From Archaeoglobus fulgidus DSM 4304 (GTDB taxonomy: Archaea > Halobacteriota > Archaeoglobi > Archaeoglobales > Archaeoglobaceae), in contig NC_000917.1 of the NCBI RefSeq assembly GCF_000008665.1, forward strand, positions 1,350,001 to 1,382,000: a stretch of DNA of 32,000 nucleotides, in the 5' to 3' direction. How positions within the stretch are numbered: the first letter of the stretch is position 1; each line of letters begins with the position of its first letter. Under the pieces are notes generated by a model, which saw only the letters and a list, made by a program, of their open reading frames with translations, was not told the origin of the DNA and made no database searches. Positions 15,185-22,682 of the stretch are shown in pieces. Made by a program: the position numbers and the translations under genes.

Positions 15185-17830
15185 TTAACTGTTGCGCCTT
15201 ATGCGAATCTTGGCGTCAACAACCTCCGCACCACTTGAACTCACCATGACCGGATTGCAGTCCATTTCAACGATTTCCGGAAACTCCTCTATCAGGTAAT
15301 TTATCCTGAGTATCGTTTCAATGAAAGCCTCAACGTTGGCCTTCTCCCCACCCCTGTATCCCTCAAGAAGCCTGTATGCCTTTAGCTCCCTGACCATCTC
15401 CACCGCGTCCTGCCTCGTTATCGGCGTAACCCTCACAGAGACATCCTTCATGAGCTCAACAAGAATTCCCCCAGCCCCGCACGTAATCAAAGGCCCGAAG
15501 GACGGGTCTTCGGCGACACCTACGAACATCTCCACTCCTCTGCTCATTCTCTGCACGAGAAAGCCCTCGACCTCACCAATTCTTTTCAGCATTTCCTCGG
15601 CTTCTTTCTTGGCCTCTTTCGGAGTGAGGTTTACTTTCACAGCCCCCTTCTCGGTTTTGTGTATCAGATTTGGAGCGTGAGCCTTCAGCGCCACCCTTCC
15701 AAACTTTTTCGCGGCTTCGTAAACCTCCTCGGGTGTTTTCACGTACTCGTACTCAGGGAACGAAATGCCGAAGCATCTCAGAAGCTCGAAAGCCTCAGGC
15801 GGAGATAGCCACTCCCTCCTGCCTATTGCCTCCGCGATTATCGACGCCGCTCTTGCCCTGTCCACCTCAAATGTTGGAACGGGCTCGACGCTCTTTTCCC
15901 TCCACTTTGCATACTCTACAACCTTCCCAAGAACCTTTGCCGCTGTGTTCGGGAAGACGTAAACCGGAACCTTGACCTCATCACCTATGACGCCATCCTT
16001 CGAGTCGCTGCTTATGTAGATGTAAACAACAGGCTTCCCTACGGAATTTGCGTACTTTGCGGCGGAGATTACCGCCTTCTCGACCTCCTCGCTCTTCTCC
16101 TCACTCACCGCAGCGACGAAGATGCAAATTATCGCATCAACGTTCTCGTCTTCCGCCACTGTTTTCAGCGTTTGTCCATACATTCTGACGTCTGCCGATG
16201 CGGTCATGTCAACGGGGTTCTTCACGCTCGCTATTTCCGGCAAAAGATTTCTGAGCGATTCCTGCGTTCTCTCACTCAGCTCGGCGATTTCGAGGCCTAC
16301 CTGATGGCACCAGTCAGAGGTTATTGCGCCCAGCCCCCCACCGTTCGTGACGATGCAGACTCTGTTTCCCTTGGGCAACGGCTGATGGAGAAGGAATTCC
16401 GAGATTGAGAAGAGCTCGTCAATCGAGCTTGCCCTGATTATGCCTGTCTGCTTGAAAAGCGCATCAATTGCTATTCCTGACGACGAAACAATGGCTCCGG
16501 TGTGTGACGCGACCGCCTTTGCTCCTGCGGGAGTTACTCCTGAAGCGATGGCGAGTATCGGCTTTTTCTTCGAAATTCTCTTAGCCAGCCTTGCAAACTT
16601 TCTCGGATTGGGTATGGATTCTTGGTAGAGCATTATCAGCTTCGTCCTCCCATCCTCCTCCCAGAACTCTATGAGGTCGTTGCTCGTAATGTCTGCACTG
16701 TTGCCAAGTGAGACGAAGTACGATAAACCGAGGCCGTAGTTGTTAACCCTGTCCATTAAGGCGAGTCCTACCGCACCGCTCTGCGAGGCAAAGGCTATGC
16801 TCCCCTCATTCGGTGGGGTGGGGGCAAAGGTGGCGAGGAGCCTTGTTTCGGGAGCCGTGTTGATGATACCCATGCAGTTCGGCCCAATCAGCCTCATTCC
16901 GTACTTTCTGCAGATTTCCACCAGCTTTTTCTGCCTCTCCACACCCTCTCCGCCAACCTCAGCAAAACCAGCGGTCAGGACGAGGAGGGCCTTAACCCCT
17001 TTTTTACCGCACTCCTCGGCGACTTCAAGGGCGTATTTCACCGGAACTGAAAGGACGGCAAGCTCAACTTCGTCAGGCACCTCGGAGATTGTCGGGTAGG
17101 CTCTCACACCCATTATCGCCTTGGCAGCCCTGTTTACGGGATAAGCGACACCGTTGAACCTGTATGTGAGGAGATTGTAGAAGGTCCTTCCCCCGACCTT
17201 CTCAACATCCCTCGAAGCGCCTATTACTGCAACCGATTCCGGGTTGAAGAAGTGCTTCAGAGCGTTGAAAGTTGCGATTTTCTCCCTTTTCTCGAAGTAC
17301 TCAATCACATTCTCCGTCAAAGAGGTTGACATCCTAATTCTTATCTTCCCCCCCATTGGTGTTATCTCAACCGGAAATCCCGATTCCTTGAAGACTTCAA
17401 TGATGGCGTAGTTGTCCGCCCTCACATCAGCTTCAAAAATCTTTATTCCTCTTTTTTCCGCAATCTCTGCAAGCGCTCCGAGGAGTATCGTTCCCAAACC
17501 CCTCCCTTGAAACTCTTCCCTGACCACAAACCCCACTTCCGCGGAATCTCCGGAAGTTTTTCTGTAAACTGCGTGCCCAACAATTTTGTCTCCTAAGAGA
17601 GCTACAATTCCGAATTCGTCCTCACTGCAGACAAGATAAGATTCTACGATTTTGCAGACCTCCTCCTCGCTTGGAGTGTAGGAGAATCTCATTTTTAGCG
17701 ATTCGGTAGAGAGCGAGAGATAGAGGTCCTTTAGGCCCTCATAATCTTTCTCGTTCACAGGCCTTAAGCGAACAACGCTTCCGTCTTTGAGATAAGCTTC
17801 TCCTTCCAGACCGTAGAGTTTGACTCTCAT
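15185..17830 (-). CDS. Fusion of N-terminal GNAT acetyltransferase with ADP-forming acyl-CoA synthetase (alpha plus beta/ATP-grasp) domains
   Basis: 881 aa. The GNAT motif A is REEFQGRGLGTILLGALAE (about aa 15-165). The CoA-binding part is FFNPESVAVIGASRD and the phosphohistidine-type loop is AVASHTGAIVSS. The C-terminal ATP-grasp part is EAFELLRCFGISFPE...ALKAHAPNLIHKTEKGAV. Confidence 0.85.
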   Translation of the reverse strand: MRVKLYGLEGEAYLKDGSVVRLRPVNEKDYEGLKDLYLSLSTESLKMRFSYTPSEEEVCKIVESYLVCSEDEFGIVALLGDKIVGHAVYRKTSGDSAEVGFVVREEFQGRGLGTILLGALAEIAEKRGIKIFEADVRADNYAIIEVFKESGFPVEITPMGGKIRIRMSTSLTENVIEYFEKREKIATFNALKHFFNPESVAVIGASRDVEKVGGRTFYNLLTYRFNGVAYPVNRAAKAIMGVRAYPTISEVPDEVELAVLSVPVKYALEVAEECGKKGVKALLVLTAGFAEVGGEGVERQKKLVEICRKYGMRLIGPNCMGIINTAPETRLLATFAPTPPNEGSIAFASQSGAVGLALMDRVNNYGLGLSYFVSLGNSADITSNDLIEFWEEDGRTKLIMLYQESIPNPRKFARLAKRISKKKPILAIASGVTPAGAKAVASHTGAIVSSSGIAIDALFKQTGIIRASSIDELFSISEFLLHQPLPKGNRVCIVTNGGGLGAITSDWCHQVGLEIAELSERTQESLRNLLPEIASVKNPVDMTASADVRMYGQTLKTVAEDENVDAIICIFVAAVSEEKSEEVEKAVISAAKYANSVGKPVVYIYISSDSKDGVIGDEVKVPVYVFPNTAAKVLGKVVEYAKWREKSVEPVPTFEVDRARAASIIAEAIGRREWLSPPEAFELLRCFGISFPEYEYVKTPEEVYEAAKKFGRVALKAHAPNLIHKTEKGAVKVNLTPKEAKKEAEEMLKRIGEVEGFLVQRMSRGVEMFVGVAEDPSFGPLITCGAGGILVELMKDVSVRVTPITRQDAVEMVRELKAYRLLEGYRGGEKANVEAFIETILRINYLIEEFPEIVEMDCNPVMVSSSGAEVVDAKIRIRRNS

Positions 17831-18579
17831 TGGCTCTCAGCTTCCCGGTTTGTTAAAATACCTTTCTCGTCTTTTCCCGACAGAATCCTGAGCAGTAAAA
17901 GTCCCACCTCGTACATGATAATGAAAAGGGCAAGGCTGGCAATCTGGGTTAAACCTGTAAAATCCATCGTCAGATTTGTTATAAAAACCAGGATGAGGAT
18001 GTAGACGGGAATTCTTAAGCTCCTGTAGGTGGAGTACTTTACCACACCAAATCTGTCGGACAGCACCATGAAAAGCGGTATCTGGAAGAAGAACCCGAAG
18101 GAAATCAGCAGCTTGAAGGCGTTTGTCAGCGTTTTCTCGGCAGAGAGGTAGGGGTCGGCAGCACTTGTTAACGCAATGCTGTAAATTGTCGGAACAACGA
18201 ACTTGTAGGCAAAAAATGTTCCGAAGAGGAATATTCCGTAGCTTGGAATCAGAATGGCCTTCAAGAACCTCCTTTCGTGCTCGTAAAGCCCCGGTTTGGC
18301 AAAAAGGTAGAGCTCGTAGATAACGTACGGATACAGGAAGATAAGGGATGTGATTAATGAGAAGCCCAGCCTGATCACGACCCATTCAATGGGGGAAAAC
18401 ACGTAGATTGGGTTCTCTCCAACAAGCGAGTACCAGAAGGCCAGCAGATACGGGTAGGAAACGTAGTAAGAAATCGATACCGCTACAATCAGGATTATAC
18501 ATACCCTCAACAACCTTTTTCTGAGTTCCTCAATGTGCTCCCTCAGCTCAAGTTCTCTGTCCTCAGGCGGGCCACTCAC
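17827..18579 (-). CDS. tatC: Twin-arginine translocase subunit TatC
   Basis: 250 aa with 6 TM segments. LREHIEELRKRLL at the N-terminus is typical of TatC. The start is GTG, about 24 nt from a TATA (18600-18607). The stop overlaps the downstream ATG (ATGA). Confidence 0.85.
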   Translation of the reverse strand: MSGPPEDRELELREHIEELRKRLLRVCIILIVAVSISYYVSYPYLLAFWYSLVGENPIYVFSPIEWVVIRLGFSLITSLIFLYPYVIYELYLFAKPGLYEHERRFLKAILIPSYGIFLFGTFFAYKFVVPTIYSIALTSAADPYLSAEKTLTNAFKLLISFGFFFQIPLFMVLSDRFGVVKYSTYRSLRIPVYILILVFITNLTMDFTGLTQIASLALFIIMYEVGLLLLRILSGKDEKGILTNREAESQ

Positions 18580-18650
18580 AGAAACAATCTGGTTGAGAAT
18601 AATAAAGCTTTGATTTTGGTGCAGTCGTTTAGAAAATAATTCGAAAAAAG

Positions 18651-19235
18651 TTAGGAAGAGTATGCTACTAGGTAGGTGTCTCCGTCGTCAGCAAGCTCCT
18701 GGGGAGCTACGTTGTATCCGTACCTCCAGCTCCATCCCGGATTCTGGTCGATGTCGGGCCCACCATTGGCCTTGTAAGCAGCCCAGATCAGCTCGCTGCA
18801 ATAGTAGCTTTTTCCGTAAACCTCCTTTCCTCCAACGTAGGTCAGCCACTTGTAGTCGTAGGGAAGGCCAACCTTCGTGAGGGCCCAGCTAACGGCCTTG
18901 GACTTTATATCATTGCTGGTCTTCACCCTGTAAACAGCAACCTCATCAGCATTTCTCGCCATGCTGACCGAAACAACCCTCACGCCATCCTTCCACGCCT
19001 CAACCATCTGACCGTTGCCTATGTACATCGCAGCGTGGTGCCAATGGCCGACGATGTTGCCAAACGTGTCCTCAAGCCATCCCGCACAGCCCCTGCAGAG
19101 CAGAATGTCGCCTGGCTGCAAAACACTCAAATCGAGGTTGTTACCGTCACCCGTCCAATCGCCGGGAATCAGCCCCATTGCAGGTGCTGCCGAAACCACC
19201 AACACCAACAGACCGAGCAGCAATTTCCGCATCAT
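18651..19235 (-). CDS. Secreted permuted papain-fold (YiiX/YaeF, C92, NlpC/P60-related) protein
   Basis: The signal peptide is MMRKLLLGLLVLVVSAAPAMG. PGDILLCRG, HHAAMYIGNGQMVEA and YYCSELIWAAY place His before Cys, which is the permuted order. The TATA (19258-19265) is centred 26.5 nt from ATG 19235. Confidence 0.7.
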   Translation of the reverse strand: MMRKLLLGLLVLVVSAAPAMGLIPGDWTGDGNNLDLSVLQPGDILLCRGCAGWLEDTFGNIVGHWHHAAMYIGNGQMVEAWKDGVRVVSVSMARNADEVAVYRVKTSNDIKSKAVSWALTKVGLPYDYKWLTYVGGKEVYGKSYYCSELIWAAYKANGGPDIDQNPGWSWRYGYNVAPQELADDGDTYLVAYSS

Positions 19236-19384
19236 GAATTTCCCGATAAATAATTACTATTTAAAGTTTTCCTTTCTTTTTTGATTGATTATTATACGAA
19301 TAAAACATGAGTTTTTATGCTTGCTTTTTTGGAAATTCCACAGAAGTAATTTTCCGGTAAGATTCAACAGCCAAGATACAACAG

Positions 19385-19466
19385 CGCCGGGGGTGGGATT
19401 CGAACCCACGCGGGCGAACGCCCACACGCTCTCCAGGCGTGCGCCTTACCGCTCGGCAACCCCGGC
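19385..19466 (-). tRNA. tRNA-Ser (anticodon GGA), class II, CCA not encoded
   Basis: I folded it by hand. The acceptor is GCCGGGG/CCCCGGC plus discriminator G. The D stem is 3 bp (GCC/GGC). The anticodon stem is CACGC/GCGTG with loop CTGGAGA. The long variable arm is GGGCGTTCGCCC and the T arm is GTGGG-TTCGAAT-CCCAC. Confidence 0.9.
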
Positions 19467-19492
19467 CTAACGCCTCATAGCCGGGGCTGAAT

Positions 19493-19759
19493 TTAATATT
19501 TTGCTTGTCCCTCAACCTCAATCCTGAAGTAAAATTCAAACTGGTTTACCGAAATCTTCAGATTGGCGCCTCTGTTGCACGCGTAAACCTCCCACGGCTT
19601 TTCACCGCAACAGTAAACCTCCGGCGCTCTGTACCCTGTCTTTGAGTCGTGCACCGATAAAAGAATCCCATCACCGTACTTTGACGCTATGTTCTTTGCA
19701 TACCTCTCAGCCTCTTCCAGCGAAACCTCCTTCTGCAGGTTAACTTTAATCTCATCCAT
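19493..19759 (-). CDS. Hypothetical small protein (88 aa) with CC-x11-C cysteines
   Basis: I trimmed the track GTG 19768 to ATG 19759. That ATG lies 26.5 nt from the centre of the TATA ttttatat (19782-19789, minus sense). No family was recognised. Confidence 0.55.
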   Translation of the reverse strand: MDEIKVNLQKEVSLEEAERYAKNIASKYGDGILLSVHDSKTGYRAPEVYCCGEKPWEVYACNRGANLKISVNQFEFYFRIEVEGQAKY

Positions 19760-19828
19760 GATTTCCACTTTGGCTTATAATATATAAAAGCCTTTTTCCG
19801 CTTTTATAAGTTTGAAAACCGGAAATCG

Positions 19829-19858
19829 CTTAAGAAAACTACTTAAGCAAAAAACTAC
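19829..19858. repeat. Tandem direct repeat CTTAAG-(C)AAAA(AA)CTAC x2 in divergent intergenic region
   Basis: cttaagaaaactac (19829-19842) is immediately followed by cttaagcaaaaaactac (19842-19858). Each copy contains the palindrome CTTAAG. Confidence 0.6.
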
Positions 19859-19900
19859 TGTGGAGTTTATACTTTTAAAAAAAGGCGTTTTTAGCGAGAA

Positions 19901-19968
19901 ATAATCCCCAAACGACATAATCCCAAATAAAAAGCTTTATAAAAACAAACAGTCGAACATATGTTCGA
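19901..19968 (+). promoter_or_regulatory. Histidine-kinase promoter: two ATAATCCC boxes, BRE/TATA, and a 16-bp perfect palindrome at the predicted TSS/start codon
   Basis: ataatccc occurs at 19901-19908 and 19917-19924. aaaag ctttataaa places the TATA at 19936-19943. TCGAACATATGTTCGA occupies 19953-19968 and ends on the A of ATG 19968. Confidence 0.5.
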
Positions 19969-20984
19969 TGGAACTCTCAATGGACTGGAAAACAGTGGTT
20001 GACGAGGCTCCTGTCGCGATGATTATAATCAACAGTAGAGGGCAGGTGGTTTACGTTAACAAAGTCCTTCTTGAGCGAAGCGGGCTCAGCTTTGAGGAGG
20101 CTACCAAACACCCGGAAAAGTTTTTCCCGCCTGAAGACTTCGAGAAGCTTTTCCAATACGTTCTTGAAACTTTTCTTAAGAAAAGGAAGAATCCTGACCC
20201 GGCTATCACCATTCGAGGCTTGTCTGCTACCGAGGGAGAAGTCTGGCTGGAGGCGAGAGCGAGGTATGCGGAGATAGGGGGAGAGCCCTACTGCCTGCTC
20301 GCCTACACCGACGTTAACCAGAGGGTCAGGCTGCAGAAGCAGGTGGAATCGCTAAACGAGTATCTGAAGTTCCTGAACAGCATGCTCCGCCACGACATTC
20401 TGAACATCTTCACGAGGATGCAGGCCTACTGCGAACTCCTGGAGGAGGAGTTCAAGCCAGAGTATCTTGAGAAAATTAAGGAGAGCATCGAATCCGGAGT
20501 CAGGCTCATACACAAAATAAGAGAGCTTGAATCCTCAACCACTGAGGATAAGAAGTCCTACAGGCTTTCGGAGGTGATAAAGGAGGTCTCCAAGGGCTTC
20601 GACGTTAAAGTGAACTTGAAAGGGGATGCGGTAATCACGGCGAACGATGGGATTTACAGCGTATTCGAGAATCTGATCGGAAATGCCGTGAAGCACGGAG
20701 GAGCCACCGAAGTTAGCGTGGAGGTAAGGGATGAGGGAGACCACTGCGAGGTGATTTTCAGAGACAACGGCAGGGGCATACCTGAGGAAATCCGGGAGAA
20801 AGTTTTTGAGAAGGGCTTCACAACCGGCAGGGGAAGCGGACTTGGCCTGTACATCGTGAAGAAGCTGATAGAAAGCTATGGGGGAGACATAGAGCTTTTA
20901 GAGGGGAAGGGAGCGGCTTTCGTTATCAGGCTGCCTAAATCACAACCTTCAGGTCTGGATTCCTCAGAAAAACCTTCCCGTTAA
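19968..20984 (+). CDS. Cytoplasmic PAS-domain sensor histidine kinase
   Basis: 338 aa with no TM segment. The PAS-like N-terminus is APVAMIIINSRGQVVYVNKV. The H box is LNSMLRHDILN, the N box ENLIGNAVKHG, G1 DNGRGIP and G2 GSGLGLYIV. No response regulator is adjacent. Confidence 0.88.
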   Translation: MELSMDWKTVVDEAPVAMIIINSRGQVVYVNKVLLERSGLSFEEATKHPEKFFPPEDFEKLFQYVLETFLKKRKNPDPAITIRGLSATEGEVWLEARARYAEIGGEPYCLLAYTDVNQRVRLQKQVESLNEYLKFLNSMLRHDILNIFTRMQAYCELLEEEFKPEYLEKIKESIESGVRLIHKIRELESSTTEDKKSYRLSEVIKEVSKGFDVKVNLKGDAVITANDGIYSVFENLIGNAVKHGGATEVSVEVRDEGDHCEVIFRDNGRGIPEEIREKVFEKGFTTGRGSGLGLYIVKKLIESYGGDIELLEGKGAAFVIRLPKSQPSGLDSSEKPSR

Positions 20985-21594
20985 GGTATTCAACCTGAAT
21001 CGACCTGAACTCGACGTTTTTAGACCGCTTTATCAGCCTGTAAAGCTCCTCATCCCCTTCTCTGTTGGGCATGAAGGCCCTCACTGATGGCAATGCCGCA
21101 ACGAACACAACCAAAGCTCTTGACCTCTTCCCTATCTCCTCAAGCAGCCTGAGGTGCTTTCTACCCCTTGCGGTGGGGCAGTCGGGGTACATCGCATAGA
21201 TTCCCTTCTTGAGGGCAGCACTTTTAAGCTCCACGTAGCTCTCTCCAATGCGGTAATCGATTATGGAGTTTCCAACTTTAACGTTTCTCCTAACCTCTCC
21301 ATCAAGCCAGCTTATTTTCGGAATGGCTACCTCAAAGGCTCTCATCTGAAGCTGTGTATCTATCAGAGCGTAACCGCCTTCGCAACTGACAGCAAAAAGC
21401 CTGTACGAGAGCTTTCCACCTCTTTTGGTCAAACATTTCCCCACATTACCCTCAAAAATGAGCTCCTTCAGCCTTCCCGTGTTGTTTATGTAAGCCCTTT
21501 CCCTCCTCCCATCCACCTCAACATCCACCACAAACCTGTTCACTCTGCCAATTATCCTGCAATCCACGGCGTTCTCAATCTCAAAAAGCTTCAT
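20935..21594 (-). CDS. sfsA: SfsA-family protein (sugar fermentation stimulation protein homologue; OB plus nuclease-like fold)
   Basis: 219 aa. GRVNRFVVDVEVDGRRERAYINNTGRLKELI is the characteristic SfsA N-terminus. The start overlaps the GNAT stop (ATGA). Confidence 0.85.
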   Translation of the reverse strand: MKLFEIENAVDCRIIGRVNRFVVDVEVDGRRERAYINNTGRLKELIFEGNVGKCLTKRGGKLSYRLFAVSCEGGYALIDTQLQMRAFEVAIPKISWLDGEVRRNVKVGNSIIDYRIGESYVELKSAALKKGIYAMYPDCPTARGRKHLRLLEEIGKRSRALVVFVAALPSVRAFMPNREGDEELYRLIKRSKNVEFRSIQVEYLNGKVFLRNPDLKVVI

Positions 21595-22079
21595 ATCTCT
21601 TTTTCAAGCTCGAGGTAGTCCGCATCCCTCTCCGCTACCTTAAATCCCAGCCTCCTGTAGGTTTCAACGGCCCTTCTGTTTGTTCTCTCAGTTATGGCCT
21701 TTAGCTTCTTTATCCCCTTTTCCCTCAAGAACTTCGTGGCGAACCTTATCAGCTCACTGCCTATCCCCCTGTCCTCGTAGTCCTGATGCATGAAAATTGC
21801 AAACTCCGCCTCCTCGCCAACCGGAACGGCAGCAATGTGCCCTATAATTTTATCTCCCCTCTTCGCGATGAAGCCGTAGCCGTTCTCGTGCAAGCCGTCA
21901 ATCCAAACCTCTATTCCCTTCCTTGTGGCAGGCGGCAGTCCACAGCAGCGCCTATCAGGGCTGAACTCTTCGTACATCTTTATCAGGTTCTCCCTCTCCT
22001 CGGGAACGAAAATTGTGACGAATATTATTTCTCCTTCTTTGTCCTCATAAAACTCGGAGTAAAGGTTATCGTTAGCCAT
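21591..22079 (-). CDS. GNAT-family N-acetyltransferase (Pat-type)
   Basis: 162 aa. Motif A is HQDYEDRGIGSELIRFATKFLRE. The overall pattern parallels the GNAT domain of the 881-aa fusion at 15185-17830. Confidence 0.8.
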   Translation of the reverse strand: MANDNLYSEFYEDKEGEIIFVTIFVPEERENLIKMYEEFSPDRRCCGLPPATRKGIEVWIDGLHENGYGFIAKRGDKIIGHIAAVPVGEEAEFAIFMHQDYEDRGIGSELIRFATKFLREKGIKKLKAITERTNRRAVETYRRLGFKVAERDADYLELEKEI

Positions 22080-22103
22080 GAGGAAACTCAGGACAAAAAA
22101 ATA

Positions 22104-22682
22104 TTAAGATTTTCCGAAGTGTTTTCTGAACACCTTGGGTATGTCTTCGGGCTTCTCCAAAATTGTCACGCCGTCCATCTGGGCGAGCTTTCTTACGTGC
22201 TCAACGTCCTCCTTCCTGACTCTCAGCCTCAAATCCCTGCCGTCGGGAAGCTTTGTAATCACCTCCCCCTCCTTGTAGTCGGAGGGCATTATGTAAAGCG
22301 GAACGTAGGCCTTCAGCCCCATTATCGCTGCGTTGGCGAGAAGTGAGTCAGCTATGCCCATCGCAATTTTCGCAACGGTGTTGGACGTTGCAGGAGCAAT
22401 TAGAAGGAACTCATACCTTCCAACCTGAATCTGACCGGCGAGGAAGGGAGTGTTTGCGTCTATTTCAACTCTAACAGCCCCGAAGTTCTCCTTCAGTGTG
22501 TCCATGAGCTTGTAGTATTTGACAACCTGGGCCCCTGCCTTTGACAGGTAAACTGCAATCTCAACGTCGGGAAACTCCTTTTTAACCTCAAGCATCACGT
22601 CAACAGTTTCCGGCAACCTGTCTCCGCTTCCAGTTATTCCCCACGCAACCCTCTTCTTTTTCTTCTCCTCCATTTCAAACAC
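22104..22682 (-). CDS. afpA: Archaeoflavoprotein AfpA (FMN-binding, HFCD-related flavoprotein family)
   Basis: 192 aa. KRVAWGITGSGDRLPETVDVM is the flavoprotein-family N-terminus. From memory it resembles the A. fulgidus AfpA whose structure was solved. Confidence 0.7.
   Translation of the reverse strand: MFEMEEKKKKRVAWGITGSGDRLPETVDVMLEVKKEFPDVEIAVYLSKAGAQVVKYYKLMDTLKENFGAVRVEIDANTPFLAGQIQVGRYEFLLIAPATSNTVAKIAMGIADSLLANAAIMGLKAYVPLYIMPSDYKEGEVITKLPDGRDLRLRVRKEDVEHVRKLAQMDGVTILEKPEDIPKVFRKHFGKS

Noticed and set aside
17837-18385. 182-aa same-strand alternative-frame ORF inside tatC
   Set aside because: The tatC frame yields a canonical 6-TM TatC. The alternative frame is Arg/Cys-rich with no motif. 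I do not see an overprinted gene here.
19460-19486. Inverted repeat CCCCGGC / GCCGGGG just upstream of the tRNA-Ser 5' end, considered as a leader structure or att-site remnant
   Set aside because: With the TATA at about 19481-19492, the predicted TSS falls only a few nt before the mature 5' end. The upstream arm is therefore probably not transcribed. I noticed no duplicated tRNA 3' segment or integrase nearby.
21154-22346. Plus-strand ORFs 21154..21618 and 21786..22346 antisense to sfsA, GNAT and afpA
   Set aside because: The minus-strand genes have clear family motifs and coupled starts. The antisense ORFs are the long open frames commonly seen opposite real genes.
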